From assembly GCA_030699685.1 (NCBI GenBank), contig JAUYLJ010000068.1, positions 8,947 through 72,946 on the forward strand: DNA of 64,000 bases, written 5' to 3'. The notes under the pieces were generated by a model. That model saw only the letters and a program-made list of their open reading frames with translations. It had not been told where the DNA came from and did no database searches. Below, one piece after another: positions 27,018 to 36,184 of the stretch (its first letter is position 1; each line of letters begins with the position of its first letter). A program made the position numbers and the translations under genes. The stretch is from a bacterium. Lineage in GTDB: Bacteria > Patescibacteriota > Patescibacteriia > JAHIZJ01.

Positions 27018-28071
27018 GCTAAGTCAGGAGAAAATACTCAAAAGAGCCAAGGAAAAAGGCCGAATTACAAGCGCTGATTTTGCCAAGGATTTTGACGTGT
27101 CCAGACAATACGCCAGTCAATTGATCAAAGAGCTGGTAGATTCTGACAAACTAAAAAAAATGGGTTCTACGCGCGGCGCGTTTTATGTGTTGCCGGAATA
27201 TTTTGACGCGCACCCAGAGCTTTTACCATCGCGTTTTTCAAAAACATATCGCAATGAAGGCTTAGAGGAACATATAGTGCTGGAAGAGCTAGAGAAAAAT
27301 TTTACCGCTTTGCAAAAGATCGCAGAGCCGGTACGCGATATATTCATCTATGCTTTTTCAGAAATGTTCAATAATGCCATCGAGCACTCCCAATCAAAAA
27401 AGATCTTGGTCGAAGCGTTTCTTCAGGATGACGACCTGTGCTTTGTAATAAATGACGGGGGCGTCGGGGTGTATAGAAACATTATGCGGAAGAAAAAACT
27501 GCGGTCGCCGTTTGAAGCCATCCAAGACCTACTCAAAGGAAAGACCACCACCCAGCCAAAATCCCATTCCGGTGAAGGTATTTTTTTTACCTCCAAGGCC
27601 GCGGACACTTTGGTATTAGACAGCTTCGGTTATCAGATGACGGTTGATAACACCATACCCGACGTGTTTATCAGGTCTGATGTACGGAACAATCCGGGGA
27701 CGAGGGTGACCTTTCGGATTCAAAAAGATTCTGACCGGCACTTGAGCCGGGTATTTAAGAAGTATACTGATCACGCCTCAGGCAGTGATTATGGATTTGA
27801 TAAAACCGAAATCCACGTGAAGCTGTATACCAGAGGCAGCGTGCACATATCACGATCGCAGGCGCGCCGCATACTCCACGGACTTGATTTGTTCAAAGTC
27901 ATCCTCCTAGATTATGCCAATGTGCCGATGGTCGGGCAGGCATTTACCGATGAGATATACCGCGTTTTTCATTCACGACATCCGCGGATTGAGCTACAGG
28001 AAGCGAATATGAATGAAGCCGTCGCGTTTATGGTTACTCGCGCCAAAACAGAGTCGAGGAAAGGAAAATAA
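27016..28071 (+). CDS. wHTH + HATPase + STAS-like (DUF4325) regulator
   Basis: N-terminal HTH (FDVSRQYASQLI), EMFNNAIEHS, DGGVG, GEGIFF, SRSQAR...GQAFTDEI. Confidence 0.8.
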   Translation: MLSQEKILKRAKEKGRITSADFAKDFDVSRQYASQLIKELVDSDKLKKMGSTRGAFYVLPEYFDAHPELLPSRFSKTYRNEGLEEHIVLEELEKNFTALQKIAEPVRDIFIYAFSEMFNNAIEHSQSKKILVEAFLQDDDLCFVINDGGVGVYRNIMRKKKLRSPFEAIQDLLKGKTTTQPKSHSGEGIFFTSKAADTLVLDSFGYQMTVDNTIPDVFIRSDVRNNPGTRVTFRIQKDSDRHLSRVFKKYTDHASGSDYGFDKTEIHVKLYTRGSVHISRSQARRILHGLDLFKVILLDYANVPMVGQAFTDEIYRVFHSRHPRIELQEANMNEAVAFMVTRAKTESRKGK

Positions 28072-28204
28072 CTCTCTGACGGAAGAGCCGAAGAAACTCA
28101 AGGGGTGGGGTGAGATGCCAAGCCACACAAAACATTGACAAAACGAGACACTCTCGCTAACGTATCGTCAGATATGACGGATCATTTCAATTCTGGAGGT
28201 TAGC

Positions 28205-28384
28205 GTGAGTGGAGTGTTAGCCTGGTTTGGCGAATTGCCAGTACCAATCCTGGTGATTCTGATTGTGGGAGGAGCGCTTTTCCCACTCTTGTTGATGCTG
28301 TGTCTTGGTGCGTTTACGTATATAGCGGAAGACGCGCTCTGGACGGCGATTCGACTTCTCCAAAAACTTCGTGTTCTGAAGTGA
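28205..28384 (+). CDS. Small (59 aa) hydrophobic protein absent from the ORF track
   Basis: GGAGG SD at 28195-28199, GTG start, one long TM segment, stop just before the next gene's SD. Confidence 0.55.
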   Translation: MSGVLAWFGELPVPILVILIVGGALFPLLLMLCLGAFTYIAEDALWTAIRLLQKLRVLK

Positions 28385-28396
28385 GGTGTCCGAAAG

Positions 28397-28753
28397 ATGT
28401 CCAAGTTCTTGAAGTGGGTAGGTATGCTTAGTGGTATTGCTGCCGCGGACTACTTTGAGAGCCGCGCCGAAGATGGGAAGTCAGTTCTTGCCGTTCTCGG
28501 GGCGCTCGGGTGCGCAATAGCACTTGATGCGGAAAGTACTCAAGAGCAAAAAGATGAAGAAGAGGAATCAGATGAGTCTTCTGAAGAACCGTACAAGACG
28601 CACGAGCCACGACAAGACGTTGTGTCCGAACCAGTCGAAGTCACACCGACTTATGTTTGTGAAAAGTGTGACGAAGTTGTTACCGACATTGTTGCGTGGG
28701 GTATGTGTGGACGGTGTTACGAGAAGTGGGATGCGGATCAAGACTATGACTAG
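28397..28753 (+). CDS. Hypothetical acidic protein with C-terminal CxxC-CxxC
   Basis: GAGGTG SD; CEKC...CGRC; followed by a terminator. Confidence 0.65.
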   Translation: MSKFLKWVGMLSGIAAADYFESRAEDGKSVLAVLGALGCAIALDAESTQEQKDEEEESDESSEEPYKTHEPRQDVVSEPVEVTPTYVCEKCDEVVTDIVAWGMCGRCYEKWDADQDYD

Positions 28754-28771
28754 TTCGTTTTGGGTTTCTTT

Positions 28772-28804
28772 GCCGGATGGGCGACCAACCGGCTTTTTCT
28801 TTTT
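28772..28804 (+). terminator. Intrinsic terminator
   Basis: GCCGG.TGG...CCA.CCGGC followed by a T-tract. Confidence 0.7.
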
Positions 28805-28927
28805 CCGTCATCAACCATTAAGCGGCGATGTGCGAACTTCATTCTCATAGACGAAAGCTTGGTTTGAGAATGTGTAAACAGACACACTGGTGATTTTTGT
28901 TTTTAGGCTTGCTATACTAAGCACATT

Positions 28928-29353
28928 ATGGCAGAACTCAAAACGAAGAAAAACAGCGCGAGCGTCATCGCCTTTCTCAAGAGCCTTCACGACGAGCAAA
29001 AGAGCAAAGACAGCCTTGAGCTGAACCGCGTCTACACCCAGATTACGGGAAAGAAGGCGACGATGTGGGGCACGGCAATAGTGGGCTATGACATGTATCA
29101 CTACCAGTCCACCCGCAGCGCGCAAAAAGGGGATTGGCCACTCGCCGCGTTTTCACCCCGCGTGCAGAGTCTCACGCTCTACATCCTCTATGGCCCGATC
29201 AAGAACTCCCCACTGCTCAAGAAACTTGGCAAATACAAAGCGAGCGGCGGCTGTCTTCATATTAAGCGTTTGTCCGACGTAGACCTGACTGTCTTGAAGC
29301 AGATGATTAAGGCATCGTATCTGTGGTCGAAGAAGACCTACGGCACGAAGTAG
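28928..29353 (+). CDS. DUF1801 (YdhG-like) protein
   Basis: MWGTAIVGY, FSPR, LGKYKASGGCLHIKRLSDVD. Confidence 0.85.
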   Translation: MAELKTKKNSASVIAFLKSLHDEQKSKDSLELNRVYTQITGKKATMWGTAIVGYDMYHYQSTRSAQKGDWPLAAFSPRVQSLTLYILYGPIKNSPLLKKLGKYKASGGCLHIKRLSDVDLTVLKQMIKASYLWSKKTYGTK

Positions 29354-29436
29354 AAGTAATGTAGAACCGCAGAGCGATAGCTATCGAAAGTTTCTGAACA
29401 GATTAGTCGACATTATCATCAAAAGTTTTAGGGAGC

Positions 29437-29985
29437 ATGGAGGAAAAAGTCTCGTATAAAATAAAAAGAAGCCATCGAGCAAAACGAGTCCGTCTTGCAG
29501 TATATTGTGATGGGTCGGTGGTGGTGACTCTGCCGATTGGTGTTCAAGAGACACTTGCCGAGAAGTTCGTTCGTGAAAAATCTCAGTGGTTGCTTTCTAA
29601 GCTTGCATTTTTTAAGCAATTTCAAGGGAGCTCGCTCACTCATTACGGCCACAAAGAGTATCTCAAGCACAAAGAAGAGGCTTCAGAGCTAGCTACTGCG
29701 CGCGTGAAATATTATAATCGTCTCTTTGGTTTTTCGTATAATACAATCAATATCAAAAATCAGCGAACACGATGGGGAAGTTGTTCGAAAAAGGGGAATT
29801 TAAACTTCAATTATAAAATTGCACTTTTACCTTCAAAGCTGGCTGATTATATTATTGTGCATGAGCTTTGCCACTTAGGTGAATTCAACCACTCAAGAAA
29901 ATTTTGGAACTTAGTCTCAAACGTATTTCCTAACTTTAGGGAATTGAGGAATGAAATGAAGAAGAGCGGGGTAATACTCTCGTGA
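29437..29985 (+). CDS. YgjP/DUF45 (M48-like) metal-dependent hydrolase
   Basis: RWGSCS, YIIVHELCH, NHSRKFW. Confidence 0.9.
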   Translation: MEEKVSYKIKRSHRAKRVRLAVYCDGSVVVTLPIGVQETLAEKFVREKSQWLLSKLAFFKQFQGSSLTHYGHKEYLKHKEEASELATARVKYYNRLFGFSYNTINIKNQRTRWGSCSKKGNLNFNYKIALLPSKLADYIIVHELCHLGEFNHSRKFWNLVSNVFPNFRELRNEMKKSGVILS

Positions 29986-30043
29986 ATGTTTTTATGCCCA
30001 CTCCCACCACCATCTTCTTACCTCTAATCCGTCCCCTAGAACT

Positions 30044-30526
30044 ATGAATCAATACTCTACAAAAGCCCGCGAGATTTTAGAGCAGAATTTTTACTGCACT
30101 GTTGCAACGGCGTCAAAAGATGGCGTGCCGTGGGTGTCGCCAGTGTTTTTTGCATACGACGAGCAGTATCGGATTTATTGGGTGTCGAACAAAGATGCCA
30201 AACATTCGCTTCTGATTCGTGAGAATCCACGGGTTGCTCTTGTCGTCTTTAACTCTACAGCTCCTGAAGGGGAGGGTGATGGGGTGTATATAGAAGCAGC
30301 TGCCACAGAACTTAAAGCAGCCGAAGATGTGCAGCTTGCTATGGATGTACTAGGAAGGCGAGTTAGTAAGGATGAATTTCGAGTAAAAGACAAAGACCAA
30401 GTAACTGGCAACGGCGTATGGCGCATTTATCGCGCAACGCCAAAAAAAACGTGGAAGCTCTCACGTGGCAAGTTGATTCGTGGTCAATATGTTGATGAGC
30501 GAGTTGAGGTGCAACTAACACGGTAA
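30044..30526 (+). CDS. Pyridoxamine 5'-phosphate oxidase-like FMN-binding protein
   Basis: TVATASKDGVPWVSPV, KHSLLIRENPRV. Confidence 0.85.
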   Translation: MNQYSTKAREILEQNFYCTVATASKDGVPWVSPVFFAYDEQYRIYWVSNKDAKHSLLIRENPRVALVVFNSTAPEGEGDGVYIEAAATELKAAEDVQLAMDVLGRRVSKDEFRVKDKDQVTGNGVWRIYRATPKKTWKLSRGKLIRGQYVDERVEVQLTR

Positions 30527-30555
30527 TGGATGCATTCAAAATAAATTAATTTTAG

Positions 30556-30615
30556 AAGGCAAAAACATTGAAGCAGTCGATTTTGGATAAGGCGTTTAAG
30601 GGGGAGTTGGTCTAA
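30556..30615 (+). pseudogene. hsdS: C-terminal relic of a type I R-M specificity subunit (HsdS)
   Basis: Intergenic frame reads KAKTLKQSILDKAFKGELV*, the conserved HsdS C-terminal helix; the upstream frame is broken by stops. Confidence 0.65.
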
Positions 30616-30625
30616 AGAAAATACT

Positions 30626-30868
30626 GTGTATTTCCTCTACATCCTCCAATGTTTCGACAACACTCTCTACACCGGCGTGGCTGTCGATGTAGCCAAGCGG
30701 GTGGCGGCGCATAATCATTCTCCCCGTGGCGCAAAATATACCCGCTCACGCCGGCCCGTGACGCTGGTCTATATGAAAAAGTTTCGTTCAAGATCAAAGG
30801 CGTTGAAAGAAGAATACCGGATCAAGCAATTGACGAGGTGGGAAAAATTTGCTCTCATTGGAAAATAA
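30626..30868 (+). CDS. GIY-YIG nuclease (YhbQ/UPF0213-like)
   Basis: YFLYIL, LYTG, GAKYTRSRRPV, ALKEEYRIK. Confidence 0.88.
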   Translation: MYFLYILQCFDNTLYTGVAVDVAKRVAAHNHSPRGAKYTRSRRPVTLVYMKKFRSRSKALKEEYRIKQLTRWEKFALIGK

Positions 30869-30940
30869 TGAAAAAAGAATCTCGCCACATTTCCTCTCGA
30901 TATTTTCCACCCGCCAGAATGAACTCCATCTTCTAAGGGC

Positions 30941-30969
30941 TTGACACCGTATTATAATACGATTATAAT
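30941..30969 (+). promoter_or_regulatory. TA promoter TTGACA-17-TATAAT with palindromic operator CGTATTATAATACG
   Basis: Perfect consensus; 14-bp palindrome at 30948-30961 within the spacer. Confidence 0.85.
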
Positions 30970-30975
30970 ACAGCT

Positions 30976-31215
30976 ATGACTCAAAAAGTATTACGCATTG
31001 GCTCATCAGCCGGGATTACCCTCTCAAAAGAAGCTTTGAAAGCTCTCCAGCTTAAAATTGGTGATCAGATTTCTGTGCAAGTCGATGTGGATAAGCAGAC
31101 GGTGAAGATGGCTCCGGTGCAGAGCACGTCCGCAGAGGATGACAAAATTGCTAAGTTGACCACGCGCTTTATCAATCGATATCGCTCGGATCTCTTGGCA
31201 TTAGCAAAAAAATAG
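30976..31215 (+). CDS. AbrB/MazE-type antitoxin
   Basis: KVLRIGSSAGITLSK swapped-hairpin motif; coupled to the toxin. Confidence 0.85.
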   Translation: MTQKVLRIGSSAGITLSKEALKALQLKIGDQISVQVDVDKQTVKMAPVQSTSAEDDKIAKLTTRFINRYRSDLLALAKK

Positions 31216-31604
31216 TGCAGTACCTTACTTTCGAGCATATTCTAAAAATGCATTCTTTTGTTGTCGATGAAACCGGCGGCCTTCACGGTTTACGCGACTC
31301 CGGTCGACTTGAAAGTGCTATTGCACGACCGGGACAGATCGTATTTGCAAAAGAGTTATATCCAACAGTTTTTGATAAAGCTGCTGTGTATGCGCACGCG
31401 ATTATTTTTGATCATCCTTTTGTTGACGGCAATAAACGCACCGCCATGGTCGCGGCATTTGTATTCTTAGAAAATAACGGATTCATTGCAACGGCAAAAG
31501 CCGGGAAAATTGAGAAGTATGCGATTGAGATTGTGCTCAAGAAATACGATGTTCAGACAGTGTCAAGTTGGTTGAAAGAGCATTGTGAGAGAATTCGGAA
31601 ATAA
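31215..31604 (+). CDS. doc: Doc/Fic family toxin
   Basis: HPFVDGNKRTA motif; LESAIARP. Confidence 0.92.
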   Translation: MQYLTFEHILKMHSFVVDETGGLHGLRDSGRLESAIARPGQIVFAKELYPTVFDKAAVYAHAIIFDHPFVDGNKRTAMVAAFVFLENNGFIATAKAGKIEKYAIEIVLKKYDVQTVSSWLKEHCERIRK

Positions 31605-31746
31605 ACTTGGAAAGATACATGGTAGACCTGCCGCCTACTTGCGAAAACAGGTAGGCGGGAGACTGCAATTCGATTCTCAACAGTTCCTGCTATTTATAAT
31701 TCAGCGTCCTGGTAATAAATAGTCAAACAGTATATAGTTAAAGGTA

Positions 31747-32070
31747 ATGGAAGAATACCAAGCACAAAACACCGCTAAGATGCCCGGGAAGAAATTTACC
31801 ATGAAGCGGAAGATCTCGCTTTTTCTTATTCTCCTCGTCATACTTGGCATCGGGTATGGCTTCTTTTGGATCAAGCAGACAAATACGCTTCGCGCTGATG
31901 CTGAGAATGTTATCGAGCAGGCGAATCAATATGAAGCTGTGAAAACGGAGATTACTACTGAAAAAAGTCGTTGTGAGGGATTTATTTCTCAACAGCAAGG
32001 TGATTTTGGCAGTTTTGAATACTGTACCAAATTCATTGAGTGGGCAAATACCTTACCTGCTTTGAAGTAG
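31747..32070 (+). CDS. Hypothetical single-TM protein
   Basis: TM helix followed by a helical domain with two Cys. Confidence 0.65.
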   Translation: MEEYQAQNTAKMPGKKFTMKRKISLFLILLVILGIGYGFFWIKQTNTLRADAENVIEQANQYEAVKTEITTEKSRCEGFISQQQGDFGSFEYCTKFIEWANTLPALK

Positions 32071-32408
32071 TAGCACACATCAATCAGTCCAGAAATATCC
32101 ATAGTGCCGTGGGTTAGAGCGCTAGGGTTTGGCTTTAAAATTATCCAGTGGTTTTCCCTTGATAACCTATGCTTAATGTTGACGATGACGTTATCAACGC
32201 GGTGAAAAAGTTTGTTCAGACAAGTGTGGTGAAACTTCGATAGTATGGGTATTCATATTTTTCCTAAATAACAGAAAGTTGGAGAAAATATAAAAGCATG
32301 GAAATAGTAGTAATTTCTTCAAAAATATTGTACGATAACTGCTGAAGCACCGCATGGCTCTTCAATTCTTCATCCTGAAACGTTTCATTTATTAAGTGTT
32401 ACTTATTC

Positions 32409-33239
32409 TTGGACCTCTCCATCATCATCCTCAACTACAAATCCCAGGGTCTGACCAAACAGAGCCTGAAGGGGATAGAACTGCTCAAACCGAATATGGA
32501 ATTTGAGACGATTGTGGTAGATAACAATTCCGGCGACGGGACGGCCGAAATGGTTCGCGATGAATTTCCCTGGGCCAAGCTGATTGCCTCGTCCGAGAAC
32601 CGGGGCTATGCCGCCGGGAATAATCTGGGGATCAAAGCATCGACGGGGAAGTACATCATGATCATGAATCCGGACATCGCCATCATGAACAACTCGCTTG
32701 AGGTTCTCTATCGGTACATGGAGGAGCATCCCAAAGTCGGTTTGTGCGGTCCAAGATTGATCAACCCCGACGGATCAGTCCAAGCCTCCTGCCGGACTTT
32801 TCAAACGCCGGGCATTTTGCTCTACCGCCGGACCCCCTTGGGACGTCTGCCTTTTGCCCGAAAAATTTTGCGGCATCATATGATGCTGGATTGGGATCAT
32901 GGGTCCAATCAGCCGGTTGACTGGATGATTGGCGCCTGTTTTTTCGTCCGGCGCGAAGCCATGGAAAAGGTCGGACTTCTTGACGAGCGGTTTTTTCTTT
33001 ATATGGAAGACCTTGACTGGTGCCGCAGATTCTGGCAGTCTGGATACGAAGTACACTACGTGGCTGACGCGGAAATGGTACACTATCACCAGCGTCTCTC
33101 AGCCGAGAATCCCGGCTTGAGCGGTGTGTTCAGCTACGGCACGCGCATCCATATTAAGAGCGCTATTCGATATTTTGCTAAGTATTTCGGTGATAAACAA
33201 GCGATTCGGCCACCTACTCATGACAACATTCCACAATAA
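32409..33239 (+). CDS. Glycosyltransferase family 2
   Basis: VVDNNSGDGT, MNPD, YMEDLDWC. Confidence 0.9.
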   Translation: MDLSIIILNYKSQGLTKQSLKGIELLKPNMEFETIVVDNNSGDGTAEMVRDEFPWAKLIASSENRGYAAGNNLGIKASTGKYIMIMNPDIAIMNNSLEVLYRYMEEHPKVGLCGPRLINPDGSVQASCRTFQTPGILLYRRTPLGRLPFARKILRHHMMLDWDHGSNQPVDWMIGACFFVRREAMEKVGLLDERFFLYMEDLDWCRRFWQSGYEVHYVADAEMVHYHQRLSAENPGLSGVFSYGTRIHIKSAIRYFAKYFGDKQAIRPPTHDNIPQ

Positions 33240-35166
33240 GAAAAATACCGGCAGAAGCTGGTCCTGGAAAAGACTGTATCAAGACAAACGATTCCGAATC
33301 ACGGCCATCGCGCTGGGCGTGATCATCGTGCTGGCCTTTGGCTTGTATTTGAAATATTCCGGCCCGGCCAAACGGGTCATGGCGCACGCCCTGAATGGGA
33401 AGACGCACCTGACGGACGCTCAAACCTCCGTGGAAGCAGAATTCTTTGGCCAGGCGGCCGAACAGCTTGATAGCGCTCATGACGAACTTTCATTGGCTTT
33501 GGACGAGATGGAGGGCTTAGGCGGATTGAAAGCCATGCCCTACGTCGGTACGCAGCTTTCAGCCGTGGACAACTTGCTCAGAGCCGGACTGCAAACCAGT
33601 TCGGCGCTTGGTCGGGTGGCCAAGCTGGCTGATGAAATTATTACTCCCGTAAAAAACAACGGTGAATTTACGATCAACTCGCTGACGCCTGAGCAAAAGC
33701 ATGAGATGCTGAAGCAAGTGTCGGAAGCCTTTCCTGATCTGGTCGGTATCAAAGCCGAGATTGACTTGGCGGTACTGCATGTTGATCAGATCCCGGAAAA
33801 AGGAATCCTGCCTGTCATCAAAAACGCGCTGGGGCCGGTGCGGGAACAACTGCCAACGCTGCAACAAAGTATTGCCCAAGTTTTGCCGGCCGTGGAAATT
33901 ATGCCGACTATCGTTGGATATCCTGAGGAGCAAACCTATTTGTTTCTGCTCGAAAACAACGCTGAAATGAGGCCGACCGGCGGCTTTATCGGCACTTACG
34001 GTATTTTGAAAGTCAAAGACGGCGAGATCACGTCGTTCACGACCGACAATATTTATAATTTGGACAACAACGTCAAAGACAGGCTGATCGAAGCACCGCC
34101 GGCGCCCATGGCCAAATACCTGGCGGCGGATAAATGGTTTATGCGTGACAGCAACTGGTCGCCGGATTTCCCGACATCCGCGGAAAAGGCCATCTGGTTT
34201 TACGAACAAGAGGGCGGCACCGCCAATCCGATTCACGGAGTCATTGCCGTCACTCCGACCTTCATCGAGTCGCTTCTGGGCTTGACCGGAGAAGTGGTGG
34301 TTGATGGGATTACGTTTACTGAAGAAAACTTTTATGACACTTTGCAATTCCAGGTAGAGCAGGGATTTTATCGCCAAGGAATTTCCGATTCCGAACGCAA
34401 AGAAGTTATCGGCGCCATGGCCGATATCCTGATGGACCGTCTCCTCAATTTTCCTCAATCCCGCTGGGGCGAGCTTTGGCAAACGGTCGAAAACCATATT
34501 GATGAGAAGCATATTTTGCTCTATTCCCGAAACGAATCCTTGCAACGGAATATTGAACTAGAGAACTGGGGCGCCGAAGTCCGTGATCAGGATGGCGACT
34601 ATGTCTTTGTCGTTGACGCCAACATGGCCAGCTTGAAATCCGACCCCGGCGTGTTCCGCACCATTCGCTACGAGGTCAACGAAACGGCTGAGGGCTTGAT
34701 TGCCGACCTGCGGGTAGAGTATAACAACACGGGGAGTTTTGACTGGAAATCGACGCGGCTGCGCACATACACCCGAGTCTACGTGCCGCTGGGCAGCGTT
34801 CTGCTCAATCATGAAGGCGTGATGGAGAACGACAAGCTCCACGGCGGCCGATCGGCGGATCCTGAAGTGTATGAAGAGCTGGGCAAGACCGTCATCGCCG
34901 GCTTTATTTCCATTGAGCCTCAAACCACCGGTACCTTGCACTACCAGTACCGTTTACCGGCCACGGTCAAGAATACCGACACGTATTCGCTCTTAGTCCA
35001 AAAGCAGGCTGGCACCGCTCCGCATCAACTGGAGATAGCGCTCAATTTCCAGGATGATATCCTCAGGGCGGAACCTATTGACACAATCGAGCAAAGCGCT
35101 GATAATTCCGTTGCTCTGAAGACGGATTTACGGAGCGACAAAGTCGTCGAAATTACCTTCGAATAG
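33220..35166 (+). CDS. DUF4012 domain membrane-anchored protein
   Basis: YLFLLENNAEMRPTGGFIG, RDSNWSPDFP, YTRVYVP. Confidence 0.85.
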   Translation: MTTFHNKKNTGRSWSWKRLYQDKRFRITAIALGVIIVLAFGLYLKYSGPAKRVMAHALNGKTHLTDAQTSVEAEFFGQAAEQLDSAHDELSLALDEMEGLGGLKAMPYVGTQLSAVDNLLRAGLQTSSALGRVAKLADEIITPVKNNGEFTINSLTPEQKHEMLKQVSEAFPDLVGIKAEIDLAVLHVDQIPEKGILPVIKNALGPVREQLPTLQQSIAQVLPAVEIMPTIVGYPEEQTYLFLLENNAEMRPTGGFIGTYGILKVKDGEITSFTTDNIYNLDNNVKDRLIEAPPAPMAKYLAADKWFMRDSNWSPDFPTSAEKAIWFYEQEGGTANPIHGVIAVTPTFIESLLGLTGEVVVDGITFTEENFYDTLQFQVEQGFYRQGISDSERKEVIGAMADILMDRLLNFPQSRWGELWQTVENHIDEKHILLYSRNESLQRNIELENWGAEVRDQDGDYVFVVDANMASLKSDPGVFRTIRYEVNETAEGLIADLRVEYNNTGSFDWKSTRLRTYTRVYVPLGSVLLNHEGVMENDKLHGGRSADPEVYEELGKTVIAGFISIEPQTTGTLHYQYRLPATVKNTDTYSLLVQKQAGTAPHQLEIALNFQDDILRAEPIDTIEQSADNSVALKTDLRSDKVVEITFE

Positions 35167-35168
35167 TC

Positions 35169-36176
35169 ATGTTTGTCAAGAAGATCGGCATTGACCTAGG
35201 GACGGCCAACACGCTAGTCTACGTCCCGCGCCGGGGGATTATCATCAACGAGCCATCGGTGGTGGCTATTTCTATTGCCGACAAAAAGGTGCTGGCAGTC
35301 GGCGAAGAAGCTAAAGACATGCTTGGCCGCACGCCTGATACTATTACCGCTTCAAAACCCTTGCGTGACGGCGTGATCGCCGACTACCGAACCACTGAAA
35401 GCATGCTGCGCTATTTCATCAACAAAGCGCTGGGCGGAGTGCGTTTTTTTCGTCCTGAAGTGATGGTTTCAGTACCGGCCGGCATCACCTCCACTGAACG
35501 CCGGGCTGTGATCGACGCGACCCTGCAGGCCGGCGCCAAGGCCGCCTTTATCATCAAAGAACCTATCGCGGCCGCCATCGGCGCCAATATCCCGATTGGC
35601 TCTGCTTCCGGCCATATGATTATTGATTTGGGCGGGGGTACTTCCGAGATTGCCGTCATTTCCTTAGGTGGGATCGTGGCCAGCACGTCGGTGCGCATCG
35701 GCGGAAACCGGCTGGACGCGGCCATTGCTGATTTTATCCGGCGGAAATACGGCCTGGCCATCGGCGACAGAAGCGCCGAGGATCTCAAAATTTCCATCGG
35801 TTCGGCGTTGCCTTTGGAAGAAAAACTGACTATGGATATCCGCGGACGCGACATGGTGATGGGCCTGCCAAAGACGATTACCGTCAGCTCCGATGACGTG
35901 ACAGAGGCAATCCAGGACGAACTAGGCGGGATTATCCAGGCGGTCAAATCAGTACTGCAGGAAACTCCGCCGGAATTGGCAGCCGACGTGATTGATAAGG
36001 GCATGGTGCTGAGCGGAGGCACTGCCTTGCTGCGCAATCTTGATCAGCTCCTGGCTCAGGCCACCGGGGTTCCCGCATATGTGGCCGACGACGCGCTCTT
36101 GTGCGTGGCTAAGGGCACCGGCGTGGCGCTTGAGAATCTGGAATCCTACAAACGCAGTATTCTCTACACGAAATAG
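35169..36176 (+). CDS. mreB: Actin-like MreB/Mbl (copy 1)
   Basis: GIDLGTANT, NEPSVVA, DLGGGT, ETPPELAAD. Confidence 0.95.
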   Translation: MFVKKIGIDLGTANTLVYVPRRGIIINEPSVVAISIADKKVLAVGEEAKDMLGRTPDTITASKPLRDGVIADYRTTESMLRYFINKALGGVRFFRPEVMVSVPAGITSTERRAVIDATLQAGAKAAFIIKEPIAAAIGANIPIGSASGHMIIDLGGGTSEIAVISLGGIVASTSVRIGGNRLDAAIADFIRRKYGLAIGDRSAEDLKISIGSALPLEEKLTMDIRGRDMVMGLPKTITVSSDDVTEAIQDELGGIIQAVKSVLQETPPELAADVIDKGMVLSGGTALLRNLDQLLAQATGVPAYVADDALLCVAKGTGVALENLESYKRSILYTK

Positions 36177-36184
36177 GAGGCAGA

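Noticed and set aside
28069-30626. attC sites between the co-oriented accessory genes
   Set aside because: No consistent RYYYAAC...GTTRRRY palindromes and no integrase
31626-31690. Hairpin CCGCCTAC/GTAGGCGG followed by TTCGATT, suggesting a tRNA remnant
   Set aside because: No cloverleaf can be built; probably a terminator or small palindromic element
32071-32408. Possible oriC (degenerate DnaA boxes, AT-rich)
   Set aside because: The boxes are imperfect and there is no dnaA/dnaN context; it looks more like gene debris
33559-34545. 328-aa antisense ORF and many similar overlapping ORFs
   Set aside because: Antisense shadows of well-supported genes, with no motifs
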